Source: Myxococcota bacterium
GTDB lineage: Bacteria > Myxococcota_A > UBA9160 > UBA4427
Assembly (NCBI GenBank): GCA_041389445.1
Contig: JAWKRW010000002.1
Span: forward strand, 501,359-565,358
DNA length: 64,000 nucleotides
Direction: 5' to 3'
How positions within the stretch are numbered: position 1 is the first letter of the stretch; every line of letters starts with the position of its first letter. The notes below the pieces were generated by a model. The model was given only the letters and a program-made list of their open reading frames with translations, searched no databases and had not been told where the DNA came from. Shown one piece after another: positions 9,137 to 18,567 of this stretch. The translations under genes and the position numbers were made by a program.

Positions 9137-9892
9137 ATGCCTGCCTCGGCTCGTCGTCTTCCGATTCCCGTTCGCATGACGCCCCCCCGCCGAAGCCGCA
9201 CGATCGCGCTCGCCGCGATCGTGATCGCGACGACGGGCGCCTGGACGGTCACGCATGCCGCAGCGGCGGGCGCCGCGCCGAAGACGCCCGCGCAGGTGAT
9301 CGAGGAACGCGTCGCGGGCAGCATCGAGGATCGCGTACGGATCGGCCTGCAGACGGCGGGCGGCAACCTCGCCGACGCGGACATCGCGGTGGCCGCCGAT
9401 GCGCAGGGACACGTGACCCTGTCCGGTGAGGTGCCCTCGTCCGAAGCGAAGGCACGGGCCGAGCGGCTCGCGAGCTACGCCGTCGGTGTGAAGGAGATCG
9501 ACAATCAGCTCCAAGTGAATGCGCCCCCCGCGCCGCCGCCGGTCGCCGCCAATGCCGTCCAGAACGCGGTGGCTCCTCCCGTCGATCCGGCCGATCGACC
9601 TTCCGACGAGGCGCTCGCCCGCAGCGTCGCCCGATCCGTCGCGGACGGCCTGTCGATCGAAGCACGCGCCCGGCATCGCTGGTTGCGAGGGTGGTGGGTC
9701 GTCGGTGACGGCTGGTCGTTCGAGGTCGACGTCGACGATGGGCGCGTCCGACTCGACGGACGAATCAGCGATCGCGTCGACGTCGAGGCGGTGGTCGCGC
9801 GGGCGCGCACCGTACCGGCCGTGCGCTCCGTCGACGCCTCGCTCGAGCAGGTCGACGCGGATCGAAAGGGCTTCTTCGAGCGGATCTTCTAG
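9137..9892 (+). CDS. BON-domain protein (two BON-like modules), secreted or membrane-anchored
   Basis: A GAGGAGG Shine-Dalgarno precedes the ATG at 9137. A signal/anchor segment is present (TIALAAIVIATTGAWTVTHAAAA). BON-like strings include GHVTLSGEVPSSEAKARAERLASYAVGVKEIDNQLQV and VRLDGRISDRVDVEAVVARARTVPAVRSVD. Confidence 0.8.
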   Translation: MPASARRLPIPVRMTPPRRSRTIALAAIVIATTGAWTVTHAAAAGAAPKTPAQVIEERVAGSIEDRVRIGLQTAGGNLADADIAVAADAQGHVTLSGEVPSSEAKARAERLASYAVGVKEIDNQLQVNAPPAPPPVAANAVQNAVAPPVDPADRPSDEALARSVARSVADGLSIEARARHRWLRGWWVVGDGWSFEVDVDDGRVRLDGRISDRVDVEAVVARARTVPAVRSVDASLEQVDADRKGFFERIF

Positions 9893-9928
9893 ACTGCCAG
9901 AGCATTGCCGCCCTGCTCGAGGTCATCC

Positions 9929-10828
9929 ATGCCCAGTCCCGAACACGAGTCCCTCGTCGCCGCCCTGCTCGCGAGCGACTCGGGCCCCCCGCCGACCGAC
10001 GTCCATGCGATGCGCGCCGCGATGGCCAGTCTCGCCGGCGCCTTCGCGTCGACGCCGACCCCTGCGGACGTGAAGATCGACCCCGTCGACGCGGACGGCG
10101 TCCCGGCGTTCTGGTTCGTGCCTCCGGACGCCCGGGACGATCGGGCGATCCTCTACCTCCACGGCGGCGGCTACGTGATGGGCTCCGTCTCGACCCATCG
10201 ATCCCTGATCGCGCGGCTCGCGCGCGCGACCGGATGGCGCTGCCTCGCGCTCGACTACCGACTCGCGCCCGAGCATCCCTTCCCCGCGGCGATCGACGAT
10301 GTGATGGCCGCGCACCGTTGGCTGCAGCGGCGGGGCATCCCGCCCGCACGGATCGTCTTCGCGGGCGATTCGGCGGGCGGCGGTCTCGTCCTGGGCAGCC
10401 TCGTCGCTTTGCGCGATGCCGGCGAGGCGTTGCCGGCGGCCGCGATCGCGCTCTCGCCCCTCGCGGATCTCGAGCTGACCGGCGACTCGGTCGCGCGCGT
10501 GACGGACGATCCGCTGGTTCCGGTCGATGGGACCCGCCTGATGGCCGCGGCCTATCTCGGCGCTGGTGCCGATCCGCGGGATCCCCGGGCCTCGCCGATC
10601 CATGCCGACTATCGGGGCCTTCCGCCGCTCCTGCTCGAGGTCGGCACGCGCGAGGTCCTGCTCGACGACGCGCGGCGCGTCGCCGATCGCGCGCGCGCCG
10701 CCGGAATTCCGGTCGAGCTCTTCGTCGGCGAGGGACTGACCCACGTCTGGCCGCTCCATCCCCAGCTGCCCGAGGCGGCGGAATCCATCGAGCGGATGGC
10801 GCGCTTCGTCGCCCGACACGTCGGTTAG
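9929..10828 (+). CDS. Alpha/beta hydrolase, hormone-sensitive-lipase-like esterase family
   Basis: Motifs are an HGGGY oxyanion motif (LYLHGGGYVMG), a GDSAGG nucleophile elbow, and conserved Asp and His (LTHVW) downstream. I prefer the ATG at 9929 over the TTG at 9905. Confidence 0.9.
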   Translation: MPSPEHESLVAALLASDSGPPPTDVHAMRAAMASLAGAFASTPTPADVKIDPVDADGVPAFWFVPPDARDDRAILYLHGGGYVMGSVSTHRSLIARLARATGWRCLALDYRLAPEHPFPAAIDDVMAAHRWLQRRGIPPARIVFAGDSAGGGLVLGSLVALRDAGEALPAAAIALSPLADLELTGDSVARVTDDPLVPVDGTRLMAAAYLGAGADPRDPRASPIHADYRGLPPLLLEVGTREVLLDDARRVADRARAAGIPVELFVGEGLTHVWPLHPQLPEAAESIERMARFVARHVG

Positions 10829-10918
10829 TCGACGCGCGAACGAGGCCAAGGGCTCCGGCCTCGTCGAGGCGAGAGAGGGGTCCGACCGGCGCCGAGGCGA
10901 CTCGGCCCGGCGCCGGAC

Positions 10919-12487
10919 TCAGGCGAATCGACTCCGCAGCGCCTGCTTGAGGATCTTGCCCGTGGCGTTGCGCGGAATCGCATCGACCACCTCGAGGCGC
11001 TCGGGGATCTTCTGCGCCATGACGCGCGCGGCGCGGAAGTGCTCGACCATCTCGTCGAAGCCGATCGGCGCCTCGCCCGGCCGAGCCGTCACGATCGCGC
11101 AGACGAGCTCGCCGCGGCTCGCATCCGGCAGCCCGATGACGGCCACGTCGGCGACCCGGGGATGCGCATAGAGGATGTCCTCGATCTCGACCGCGGAGAC
11201 GTTCTCTCCCTTCCGGATGATCACGTCCTTGAGACGCCCCGTGATCGTCAGATAGCCGTCCGCATCGACGAAGCCGAGATCGCCCGTCCTGAACCAGCCC
11301 GCGTCGTCGAAGGCCGCGGCCGTCGCCGCGGGGTCGACGTATCCGCGACACAGCGCGGGACCGCGCAACTGGACCTCGCCCTCCTCGCGCGCACGCGCTG
11401 GCATGCCGTCGGAGCGCATCACGCGCAGCTCGATCCCCGGAATCGGCCGCCCCTCGGTCTCGGCGAGGCGCTCGTCGGCATCGTCGACGTCGTTCGCGCA
11501 GATGATGCCGCATTCGGTCATGCCGAAGCCGTGGAGACAGCCGCGCCCGCCCATCTCCCGCAGCACCTCGTAGTGGAGCTCGGCGTTCATCGGCGCGCCG
11601 CCGCCGCTGAAGGCTCGGAATCTCGGCAGCACGCGCCCGTCCGGCTGGCGGCGCTGCTCGTCGAGGATCGCGGCATAGAAGACGGGACCGCCGCCGACGA
11701 CGCTGACGTCGTGTCGCGTGAAGTGCTCGGTCGCCCGCTTCGCCTCGAAGGACTCGAGCAGGACGAGCGGGTGGCCCGCCAGGAAGGTTGCGAGCAGGTT
11801 GATCAGGCCGCCCACGTGCGTGAAGGGAAACGCCATGCCGAAGCGGTCGGCGGCGGTGATGCGGTGGCGCGCGACGAGACCGGCGGCCGTCAGCGCGACG
11901 GCACGGTCGGTCTGCAGCGCGCCCTTCGGACGGGAGGTGGTGCCCGACGTGTAGTAGATCCAGCGGACGGCGTCGGCGTCGTCCGGCGGCGCCGGCAGCG
12001 TCGCGTCGTCGATGCGCGTGGTACCGGTCGCGGCGGGCGCGTCGACGCCGGCGAGCGTGGGCTCGTCGACGGGAACCCGCAGCAGCCGGAACGTTCGCGC
12101 GGTCCGCGCGCGCAGCTCGGACGCGTCGAGCCGCCAGCCCGTCCGCGGGACGATCAGCCAATCGGCGCGGGTCTCGTCGAGGCAGAAGGCCGCCTCGTGT
12201 TCGCGGTACACGGGTACGATCGGATTCTGGATCGCCCCGAGCCGCGCGAGCGCGCCCATGAGCACGACCGTCGCGATGCGCGTCGGCAGCTGGAAGGAGA
12301 CCCGGCTTCCCGGCTCGATCCCCGTCCGGCAGAGCGCCGTCGCCAGGCGCTCGGCCGCGTCGCGATACCCCGCGAAGGAAATCGACGCGTCGTGTTCGTC
12401 GATCAGCATGAGGGCATCCGGCGTCGAAGCGACGCGGTCCTCGAGCAGCGCCCAGAAGGTCCTGGCCGCGGGGATCGCCATGTCCAT
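10919..12487 (-). CDS. AMP-dependent acyl-CoA synthetase/ligase
   Basis: An AMP-binding motif (YYTSGTTSRPKGAL) is present, plus GFGMTE, WFRTGDLG, ITGRLKDVIIRKGENV and a C-terminal NATGKILK. The ATG at 12487 lies 22 nt downstream of the upstream gene's stop. Confidence 0.9.
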   Translation of the reverse strand: MDMAIPAARTFWALLEDRVASTPDALMLIDEHDASISFAGYRDAAERLATALCRTGIEPGSRVSFQLPTRIATVVLMGALARLGAIQNPIVPVYREHEAAFCLDETRADWLIVPRTGWRLDASELRARTARTFRLLRVPVDEPTLAGVDAPAATGTTRIDDATLPAPPDDADAVRWIYYTSGTTSRPKGALQTDRAVALTAAGLVARHRITAADRFGMAFPFTHVGGLINLLATFLAGHPLVLLESFEAKRATEHFTRHDVSVVGGGPVFYAAILDEQRRQPDGRVLPRFRAFSGGGAPMNAELHYEVLREMGGRGCLHGFGMTECGIICANDVDDADERLAETEGRPIPGIELRVMRSDGMPARAREEGEVQLRGPALCRGYVDPAATAAAFDDAGWFRTGDLGFVDADGYLTITGRLKDVIIRKGENVSAVEIEDILYAHPRVADVAVIGLPDASRGELVCAIVTARPGEAPIGFDEMVEHFRAARVMAQKIPERLEVVDAIPRNATGKILKQALRSRFA

Positions 12488-12509
12488 GTCTTCCACCACT
12501 CGCCTCGTG

Positions 12510-13415
12510 CTAGTCACGCCGTCCGACACGCAACCGGTCGAGCGCCGTCGCGACCTCGCGCGCGCGCTCGGCCCCGCCCTCGAAGAGCTCGCGGACGACT
12601 TCCGCGACGCTCGGCACGTCGTGGATCAGGGCCGCGACCTGCCCCATCTGCGCGCGCTTGCGGGCGTCACCGACGACCCGCTCCGCGAACTCGGGCTTGC
12701 AGACCCGCGGTCGGGTCGGACCATCCGCCGACATGGTCGAGGTATCGTCGGCCGCGAGGACCATCCGCTCGACGTATTCGGGAAAGAACGCGCGCCCTTC
12801 CTGCGTGACCATCAGACGCGTTCCGAGCTGGACGCCCTCCGCGCCGAGCGCCAGGACCGCGACGAGCCCTGCGCGATCCGCGACGCTGCCCGCCGCGACG
12901 AGCGGGACGTCGGGTACGGCCCGGGCGATGGCCGGGACCAGCACCATCATCGCGATCTCGTTGGCCCCGCGGTAGCCGCCCGACTCCGTCGGCTCGGCGA
13001 TCAGCGCGTCGACGCCGGCCTCCGCCGCCTTCTCCGCATGCGCGATTCCGGCGACGACGTGAGCGACCTTGATGCCGGCGTCCTGGAACGCACGCGTATG
13101 GACCCGGGGACTCCCGGCCGAGGTCATCACGGCGGGGACCTGCTCCTCGATCGCGACCTTGACGCGCGCTTCGACGAGGGCGCGATCGCCGAACGCGAGC
13201 GGAAAGTTCACGCAGAAGGGCGCGTCGGTCAGCGTCCGCAGCTCGCGGACCTGCTGGCGGATCTTCTCCGGCGAGGAGATGCCCTCGATGCAGCCGAGAC
13301 CGCCGGCAGCGCAGACGGCGGCGGCGAGCTTCGGCCGCGGCGAGATCGCGCCCATGAGGAGGGGCAACCGGATCCCGAACGTGCCGCAGACCCGGTTCCC
13401 GACCGACGCGACCAT
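12510..13415 (-). CDS. Nitronate monooxygenase / 2-nitropropane dioxygenase (NMO) family flavoprotein
   Basis: Diagnostic strings are GIRLPLLMGAIS, AAGGLGCI, ESGGYRG and VAAGSVADRAG...LGAEGVQLGTR. A strong GGAGGAGGG Shine-Dalgarno is present. Confidence 0.9.
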   Translation of the reverse strand: MVASVGNRVCGTFGIRLPLLMGAISPRPKLAAAVCAAGGLGCIEGISSPEKIRQQVRELRTLTDAPFCVNFPLAFGDRALVEARVKVAIEEQVPAVMTSAGSPRVHTRAFQDAGIKVAHVVAGIAHAEKAAEAGVDALIAEPTESGGYRGANEIAMMVLVPAIARAVPDVPLVAAGSVADRAGLVAVLALGAEGVQLGTRLMVTQEGRAFFPEYVERMVLAADDTSTMSADGPTRPRVCKPEFAERVVGDARKRAQMGQVAALIHDVPSVAEVVRELFEGGAERAREVATALDRLRVGRRD

Positions 13416-13553
13416 CGTGTCCCTCCTCCGCGCTACGGGCCGACGCGCGCCGACCCGGCCAGTCTACGAAGATTCCGGTGGGCAGGTCAACGCGTTCGAC
13501 ATACGATGCGGAGCCGTGCGCATCGAGGGCGGCGAGCCCGATCGAGGAGGAAC

Positions 13554-14432
13554 ATGGCCCGCATCCAGCACTGGCAGGCGCTCGGCTATACGAAGCCCGA
13601 CGAGCTGATCGAGATCGCCCGGGTCGCGGAGGAATCGGGCTTCGAGGGCCTGCTCCTCTCCGACCACGTCTTCGTCCCGGTCGAGCGCAGGTCGAAGTAT
13701 CCCTACAGCGCCTCGGGCGACCCCGACTTCACGAGCGACTCCGCCTTTCCCGAGGCCTTCATCACGATGGCCGTGCTCGCCCAGCACACGCAGCGCCTGC
13801 GCTTCGCGACGAACGTCTACATCCTGCCGCTGCGCCATCCGGTCGAGGTCGCGAAGCTCCTCGGAACCGCCGCGGTCTACTCCAACGACCGCGTCGTGCT
13901 CGGGGTCGGCGCCGGCTGGATGAAGGACGAGTTCGACGTGCTCGGGCGCGTCTTCGAGCGGCGCGGCGAGCGCATCGACGAGCAGGTCGAGGTCCTGCGC
14001 AAGCTCCTCTCCGGCGAGGTCGTCGAGCACGCGGGATCCCACTACGCGTTCCCGCGCCTGGTGATGCAGCCCGCGCCGAAGAAGCCGGTTCCGATCTGGA
14101 TGGGCGGCCAGAACGCGGCGGCGCTGCGACGCGCCGGTCGCTATGCGGACGGCTGGTCGGGCTCGGGACAGCGCCATGCGGACGCGGTCGAAGTGCTCGA
14201 GACGATCGCCCGGCATCGACGCGAGGCGGGACGAAGCCGGACCCCCTTCGACGCGATCGTGCCCTTCGTCGAGGCTCCGACGCCGGACCAGCGCGCGCAT
14301 CTGATCGAGCTCGGCATGACGGGCACCGTCAGCTACCCGTTCCCCTACACGATCGGGCCGAGATCGACCCTCGCGCAGAAGCTCGACTACCTCAGGCGCT
14401 ACGGCGATACCGTGATCGCGAAGGAGACCTGA
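13554..14432 (+). CDS. Luciferase-like monooxygenase (LLM-class flavin/F420-dependent oxidoreductase)
   Basis: A GAGGAGG Shine-Dalgarno precedes the ATG at 13554. Diagnostic strings are AEESGFEGLLLSDH, RLRFATNVYILPLRHPVEVAK, GVGAGWMKDEF and PIWMGG. Confidence 0.9.
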   Translation: MARIQHWQALGYTKPDELIEIARVAEESGFEGLLLSDHVFVPVERRSKYPYSASGDPDFTSDSAFPEAFITMAVLAQHTQRLRFATNVYILPLRHPVEVAKLLGTAAVYSNDRVVLGVGAGWMKDEFDVLGRVFERRGERIDEQVEVLRKLLSGEVVEHAGSHYAFPRLVMQPAPKKPVPIWMGGQNAAALRRAGRYADGWSGSGQRHADAVEVLETIARHRREAGRSRTPFDAIVPFVEAPTPDQRAHLIELGMTGTVSYPFPYTIGPRSTLAQKLDYLRRYGDTVIAKET

Positions 14433-14515
14433 CGCACCGCCGAGCCTCGACCTCCCCATCCGACCCACGACCGGCCACGAAGCGGCCCGGACGGCCGAGA
14501 GCGCCTTCGCGACGC

Positions 14516-15442
14516 CTAACCCCGTTCGCGCGCCCGCGCGTACGCAGCGATCGTCTCCTCGGCGAAGCGCTCCATCGTCTGGCGCTTGCGCGAGAGGGTC
14601 GACGTCCGTTCGCCCTTGTAGAACCAGGCGTAGTCCTGCGTCATCGTGACGCCGAGGTCGGCGAGGCGCCGCAGCCCGTCGAGATCCGGGAAGCGCTTGA
14701 GCACGGCGAAGACCTCGAAGCCGAGCGGGTCGGCGCCGGCCGCCGCCGCAACCCGCCCTTCCGCCTCCGCTTCGCGCCGGTAGGCGAGGAGCTTCTCCAC
14801 GACCGGGACCAGATCGGCGAACTCGTAGTCGACCCCCAGCCACCCGTCGTGCCGCGCGGCACGGCGGAGCGCCGCGTCGCTGTGGCCTCCGACGAAGACG
14901 GGAACGCGCCGACGCGGCACGGGCCGCATCCGACAGAGGGGCAGCTCGTAGTGGCGTCCGTGGTATTCGACGTCGCGACCCTCGAGCAGCAATCCGATGA
15001 TCGCGAGCATCTCGTCGAGGCGCGCGCCCCGCGTCTTCCAGTCGGCACGCACGAGGGCGAACTCCTCCTCGAGCCAGCCCGCTCCGACGCCCATCACGAT
15101 CCGATCGTTCGAGAAGAAGGCCGCCGTCGCGACCTGCTTCGCGACCATGACCGGATCCCGCATGGGCAGCACGTAGACGTAGGGCATGAAGCGCAGCCGC
15201 TCGGTCGCCTGGGCCAGGACCGCGCCGAGGATCCAGGGATCCGCGTACGGGGGCGTCCAATCCGGTCCCGGATCCCAGGGCGGACGTCCGTCCTCCGAGT
15301 AGAGATACGCCGGCGCGTAGTCCGCCGGCTTCACCAGGTGATCTCCGCAGGTGATGCCCTCGTAGCCCAGCCGGTCCGCGATGCGGGCCACGTCGATCAG
15401 CTGCTCGGGCTCGACGCCGTGCACGCTCTGCCAGAATTTCAT
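14516..15442 (-). CDS. Luciferase-like monooxygenase (second LLM-class paralog)
   Basis: A GGAGGGAGG Shine-Dalgarno precedes the ATG at 15442. Diagnostic strings are GYEGITCGDH, RLRFMPYVYVLPMRDPVMVAK, GVGAGWLEEEF and PVFVGGHS. Confidence 0.9.
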   Translation of the reverse strand: MKFWQSVHGVEPEQLIDVARIADRLGYEGITCGDHLVKPADYAPAYLYSEDGRPPWDPGPDWTPPYADPWILGAVLAQATERLRFMPYVYVLPMRDPVMVAKQVATAAFFSNDRIVMGVGAGWLEEEFALVRADWKTRGARLDEMLAIIGLLLEGRDVEYHGRHYELPLCRMRPVPRRRVPVFVGGHSDAALRRAARHDGWLGVDYEFADLVPVVEKLLAYRREAEAEGRVAAAAGADPLGFEVFAVLKRFPDLDGLRRLADLGVTMTQDYAWFYKGERTSTLSRKRQTMERFAEETIAAYARARERG

Positions 15443-15503
15443 CGCGCCTCCCTCCGGACGAGGATGGTAACGTCGGGACGCCGTTCGCTCGCGAGGAATC
15501 GAC

Positions 15504-16385
15504 ATGACGCAACGCATCCGGATCCAGCCCCTCTCGAGCGTCCTCGGCGCACGCGTCGACGGACTCTCGCTCGCCGAGCCGCTCTCGGACGAGACGATGG
15601 CCGCCCTGCACGCCGCGGCGCTCGAGCATCTCGTGCTCGTCTTTCCCGACCAGGCGCTCGACGCCGAGCAGCAACGCCGCTTCGCATCGCGCCTCGGCCG
15701 CCCCGAGCCGCACCCCGTGACGCGTCATCTCGGCGGCGATGCGACGATCGTCCGGATCGACAACGAGCTGATCGCCCCGCCCGACCTCACGGCGCCTCCC
15801 CACCTCGATCATCTCGCGGCCCATGGCGCCTGGCATACCGACTACACGTTCCATCGCGAGATCCCGACCTTCGCGACCCTGCGCGCCGAGATCGTCCCCG
15901 ACGTCGGCGGCGACACGCTCTGGGCGAGTACCGTCGCGGCCTGGGACGCGCTCTCGCCGCGCATGCAGGCCTTCCTCGCGGACGTCCGAGCCATCCATTG
16001 GCATGGGCCCCATTTCGCGCGCAACTTCGGCATCGAGAGGCAGGGCCCCGACGCCGTTCGACGCTTCGAGGCGGCCTTCCCGCCCGTCGAGCATCCGGTC
16101 GTGATCCGTCATCCCGAGACGGGGCGGCGCGCGCTCTTCGTCAACCCGTCCTACACGGCGCGCCTGGTCGGATTCGAAGCGGCGGAGAGCGAAGCGCTGC
16201 TCGCATTCCTGTTCCGCCACGTGACCCAGCCGCGCTTCCACCTTCGCCACCACTGGTCACCGAACGATCTCGTCGTCTGGGACGAGCGCGCGACGATCCA
16301 TCTCGCACCGACCGACTTCCATCCCCACCGTCGACGCTTGATCCGCGTCGCGGTCGGCAGCGAGGCACCACGCCCCACGAGCTGA
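15504..16385 (+). CDS. TauD/TfdA-family Fe(II)/2-oxoglutarate dioxygenase
   Basis: Diagnostic strings are WHTDYTF (the HxD part of the facial triad), DTLWAST, a distal His region and WDERATIH. Confidence 0.9.
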   Translation: MTQRIRIQPLSSVLGARVDGLSLAEPLSDETMAALHAAALEHLVLVFPDQALDAEQQRRFASRLGRPEPHPVTRHLGGDATIVRIDNELIAPPDLTAPPHLDHLAAHGAWHTDYTFHREIPTFATLRAEIVPDVGGDTLWASTVAAWDALSPRMQAFLADVRAIHWHGPHFARNFGIERQGPDAVRRFEAAFPPVEHPVVIRHPETGRRALFVNPSYTARLVGFEAAESEALLAFLFRHVTQPRFHLRHHWSPNDLVVWDERATIHLAPTDFHPHRRRLIRVAVGSEAPRPTS

Positions 16386-16506
16386 ATTGATGGGCCGCGC
16401 GAGGTGGCACCCCTCCCCACGCGCTGAAATGATGGGCCGCATGAGGTGGCACCACGCCCCGCGAGCGGGAACGATGCGCCGCGTCAGCGGGCGGACCCGA
16501 TGGGGC
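16381..16506. repeat. 42-bp tandem repeat, about 3 copies of decaying identity
   Basis: Copy 1 is gctgaattgatgggccgcgcgaggtggcacccctccccacgc at 16381-16422. Copy 2 is gctgaaatgatgggccgcatgaggtggcaccacgccccgcga at 16423-16464. A degenerate third copy spans 16465-16506. The repeat fills the gap between two convergent genes, and the TauD stop codon lies inside copy 1. Confidence 0.6.
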
Positions 16507-16514
16507 GCGGCGCG

Positions 16515-17288
16515 CTACAGCGAGAGCGGCAGCTCGAGGTACGCCTGGTAGACGAAGTCGCGATGCTCGAGCAGGATCGGATCGACGGCCTTCGCGGTCG
16601 CGTCGTCCATCGCCTCGAGCGTCGGTCGGATGAGCTCCATCATCGGACACTGCTCCGGCGGGAGCGGCCGGAACATCGCCATCGCGGTCGCGCTGTAGAT
16701 GTCGACCGCCGTCAGGGCGTCGCCGACGTAGAACCGACTGCCGTTTCGGCGCTGCGCCTGCAGCACGCCGGCGAGCAGGCCGAGCAGCGCGATCACGCGC
16801 GCACCGTGCCGCTTCGCCTCGCTCGCGACGTAGCCGTACTTGCCGGCGAGATAGTCGGCGACCGGCGCCGGGAAGCCCCCCGACTGACCCGTCAGACCGG
16901 CATGGACCCCGGCGAGGCGGCGCTCCCAGACCAGGCCCTGCTCGCCGCAGATCTCGTGGGCGAGCCCGAAGACGCGGGCGCGGGCCTCGGGATCGGCGGG
17001 CAGCAGCGCCGGCTGCGGCGCGAGCCGCTCGGCCAGCAGCAGGATCTGCGGCCAGCGGCCGCGCGGCGCCTCTTCCTCCCAGAACGCGACGGGCGCGCTG
17101 CGCTCCTTGCTCCAGGCGGCCATCGCCTCGTTGCCGGCGTCGAGGCGCACCGCCTTCCACGACAGGCGCTTGACGTGGAAGATGCCCTTCGCCGCCTCGC
17201 TCCACGGCGACGGGATGCCCGGCACGACGGTCATCCGCAGGCCGGAGGCGTTGCGGGCCTGATCGAACTCGACGTACTCGAACGGCAT
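16515..17288 (-). CDS. Glutathione S-transferase-like protein
   Basis: A GAGGAG Shine-Dalgarno is present. The fold pattern is thioredoxin-like N-terminal plus helical C-terminal (SPWSEAAKGIF..., ILLLAERLAPQPALLPADPEARARVFGL). The family call is by resemblance only. Confidence 0.65.
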   Translation of the reverse strand: MPFEYVEFDQARNASGLRMTVVPGIPSPWSEAAKGIFHVKRLSWKAVRLDAGNEAMAAWSKERSAPVAFWEEEAPRGRWPQILLLAERLAPQPALLPADPEARARVFGLAHEICGEQGLVWERRLAGVHAGLTGQSGGFPAPVADYLAGKYGYVASEAKRHGARVIALLGLLAGVLQAQRRNGSRFYVGDALTAVDIYSATAMAMFRPLPPEQCPMMELIRPTLEAMDDATAKAVDPILLEHRDFVYQAYLELPLSL

Positions 17289-17315
17289 GCATGCTCCTCT
17301 CTCGCGCCTGGACGA

Positions 17316-18512
17316 TCAGATCCGATACAACGCCCGCGCATTGGCACCGGCGATCGCGCGCCGACCGTCGTCCTCGAGCTGCGCGACGCGCTCGGCGACC
17401 GCGCGGGTCACGCCCGGGTACACCGCATCCGCATGCGGATAGTCCGAGGCCCAGACGATGCGATCGGCCCCGCAGATCGGCGAGCGCGCCGTGAAGGCGA
17501 GCGTCGACTCGTCGGCGTCGAAGCTGATCCAGCACTGACGCCGGAAGTAGGCCGACGGCTCCTCGCGCAGCGCCGGCAGATCCCAGGGAAAGTGCTCGCG
17601 CTGATGGTCGAGGCGTTCGAGCCAGGGCACGATCCAGCCGCCGCTCGCCTCGAGAAAGACGAGCCGCAGCTCGGGGAAGCGCGCACAGACCCCACCGGCG
17701 ACGGTCGACGCGACGGTGTTCATCATGTCGAGGGGATTCGCGACGGCCTGGCTGAAGAAGATGTTGTCGACGCCGATGGCCTCGAGCGCCTCGTCGATCG
17801 GCATCGCCTCGTGGCGGCCGACCCGATCGAGACGCAGGCCTCGACAGGCCCCGGGCAGGTCGGCGGCCTGGTAGGGATGGAACCCGATGGCCAGCCCGGC
17901 GTCGCAGGCGGCCCGCCAGAGCGGGTCGTAGGCGGGATGGTGCATCGGCTTCCAGTCGAGGGTCGGGTTCGGGCGCAGCAGGACGCCGACGATGCCGGGA
18001 AGCCGTCCCGCACGCGCGATCTCGCGCGCCGCGCGCTCGACGTCCTGCTGGGGGACGATGGCGACGCCGAAGAGGCGATCGGGAACCTCTCCGACGTGGT
18101 CCGAGAGCCAGTCGTTGTACGCGCGACACTGCACCTCGGCGAACTCGGCATCGGGCAACGCCTGGATGCCGAGCAGCAGCGTCGGATAGAGCACGGATTG
18201 CGCGATTCCGTCCGCCTCCATGTCGGCGACGCGCGGCTTCGCGTTCCAGGCCGCGGGGCGGACCTGCGTGTAGGGGATCTCGCCGCGCCGAGCGCGCTCG
18301 CGGGCCTCGGCGCCGAGCCCCGCCACGCCCGCCATCGACATGCCCGCCGCGCGCATGCGCCGCCCGTCGAAGACGCACCACTCGACGCCCTCGCGATCGG
18401 CCTCGATGTGCCAGATGCGCTCGTGGAAGCGCTGCGGCGCGCGCTCGACCATCGCGCTCGGATGTTCGAGCACGTGTCCGTCGGCGTCGACGAACGAGAA
18501 GGCTTCGGTCAT
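17316..18512 (-). CDS. Amidohydrolase-2 (ACMSD-like metal-dependent hydrolase/decarboxylase) family
   Basis: Diagnostic strings are FVDADGHVLE (N-terminal metal His), YNDWL, GFHP and WASDYPH. A GGGAGGTG Shine-Dalgarno is present. Confidence 0.9.
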   Translation of the reverse strand: MTEAFSFVDADGHVLEHPSAMVERAPQRFHERIWHIEADREGVEWCVFDGRRMRAAGMSMAGVAGLGAEARERARRGEIPYTQVRPAAWNAKPRVADMEADGIAQSVLYPTLLLGIQALPDAEFAEVQCRAYNDWLSDHVGEVPDRLFGVAIVPQQDVERAAREIARAGRLPGIVGVLLRPNPTLDWKPMHHPAYDPLWRAACDAGLAIGFHPYQAADLPGACRGLRLDRVGRHEAMPIDEALEAIGVDNIFFSQAVANPLDMMNTVASTVAGGVCARFPELRLVFLEASGGWIVPWLERLDHQREHFPWDLPALREEPSAYFRRQCWISFDADESTLAFTARSPICGADRIVWASDYPHADAVYPGVTRAVAERVAQLEDDGRRAIAGANARALYRI

Positions 18513-18567
18513 GACGCACCTCCCAGGGAACCCGCTCCGCCCGCTCGGGCGGACGCGGCGCTCGAAC

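Noticed and set aside
9765-12161. 798-aa minus-strand ORF, and similar giants: 24721..28755 + (1344 aa), 28947..31841 - (964 aa), 58033..61878 - (1281 aa), 16141..18519 - (792 aa), 32886..35549 + (887 aa)
   Set aside because: Their composition is dominated by Arg/Ala/Pro/Gly with no motifs. Each lies antisense or out of frame to a gene with clear family signatures. They are typical shadow ORFs of a genome where stop codons are rare.
16381-16506. Tandem repeats at 16381, 45171 and 57003 considered as CRISPR arrays
   Set aside because: The units are directly adjacent with no unique spacers, copy numbers are 2-5, and no cas genes are present.
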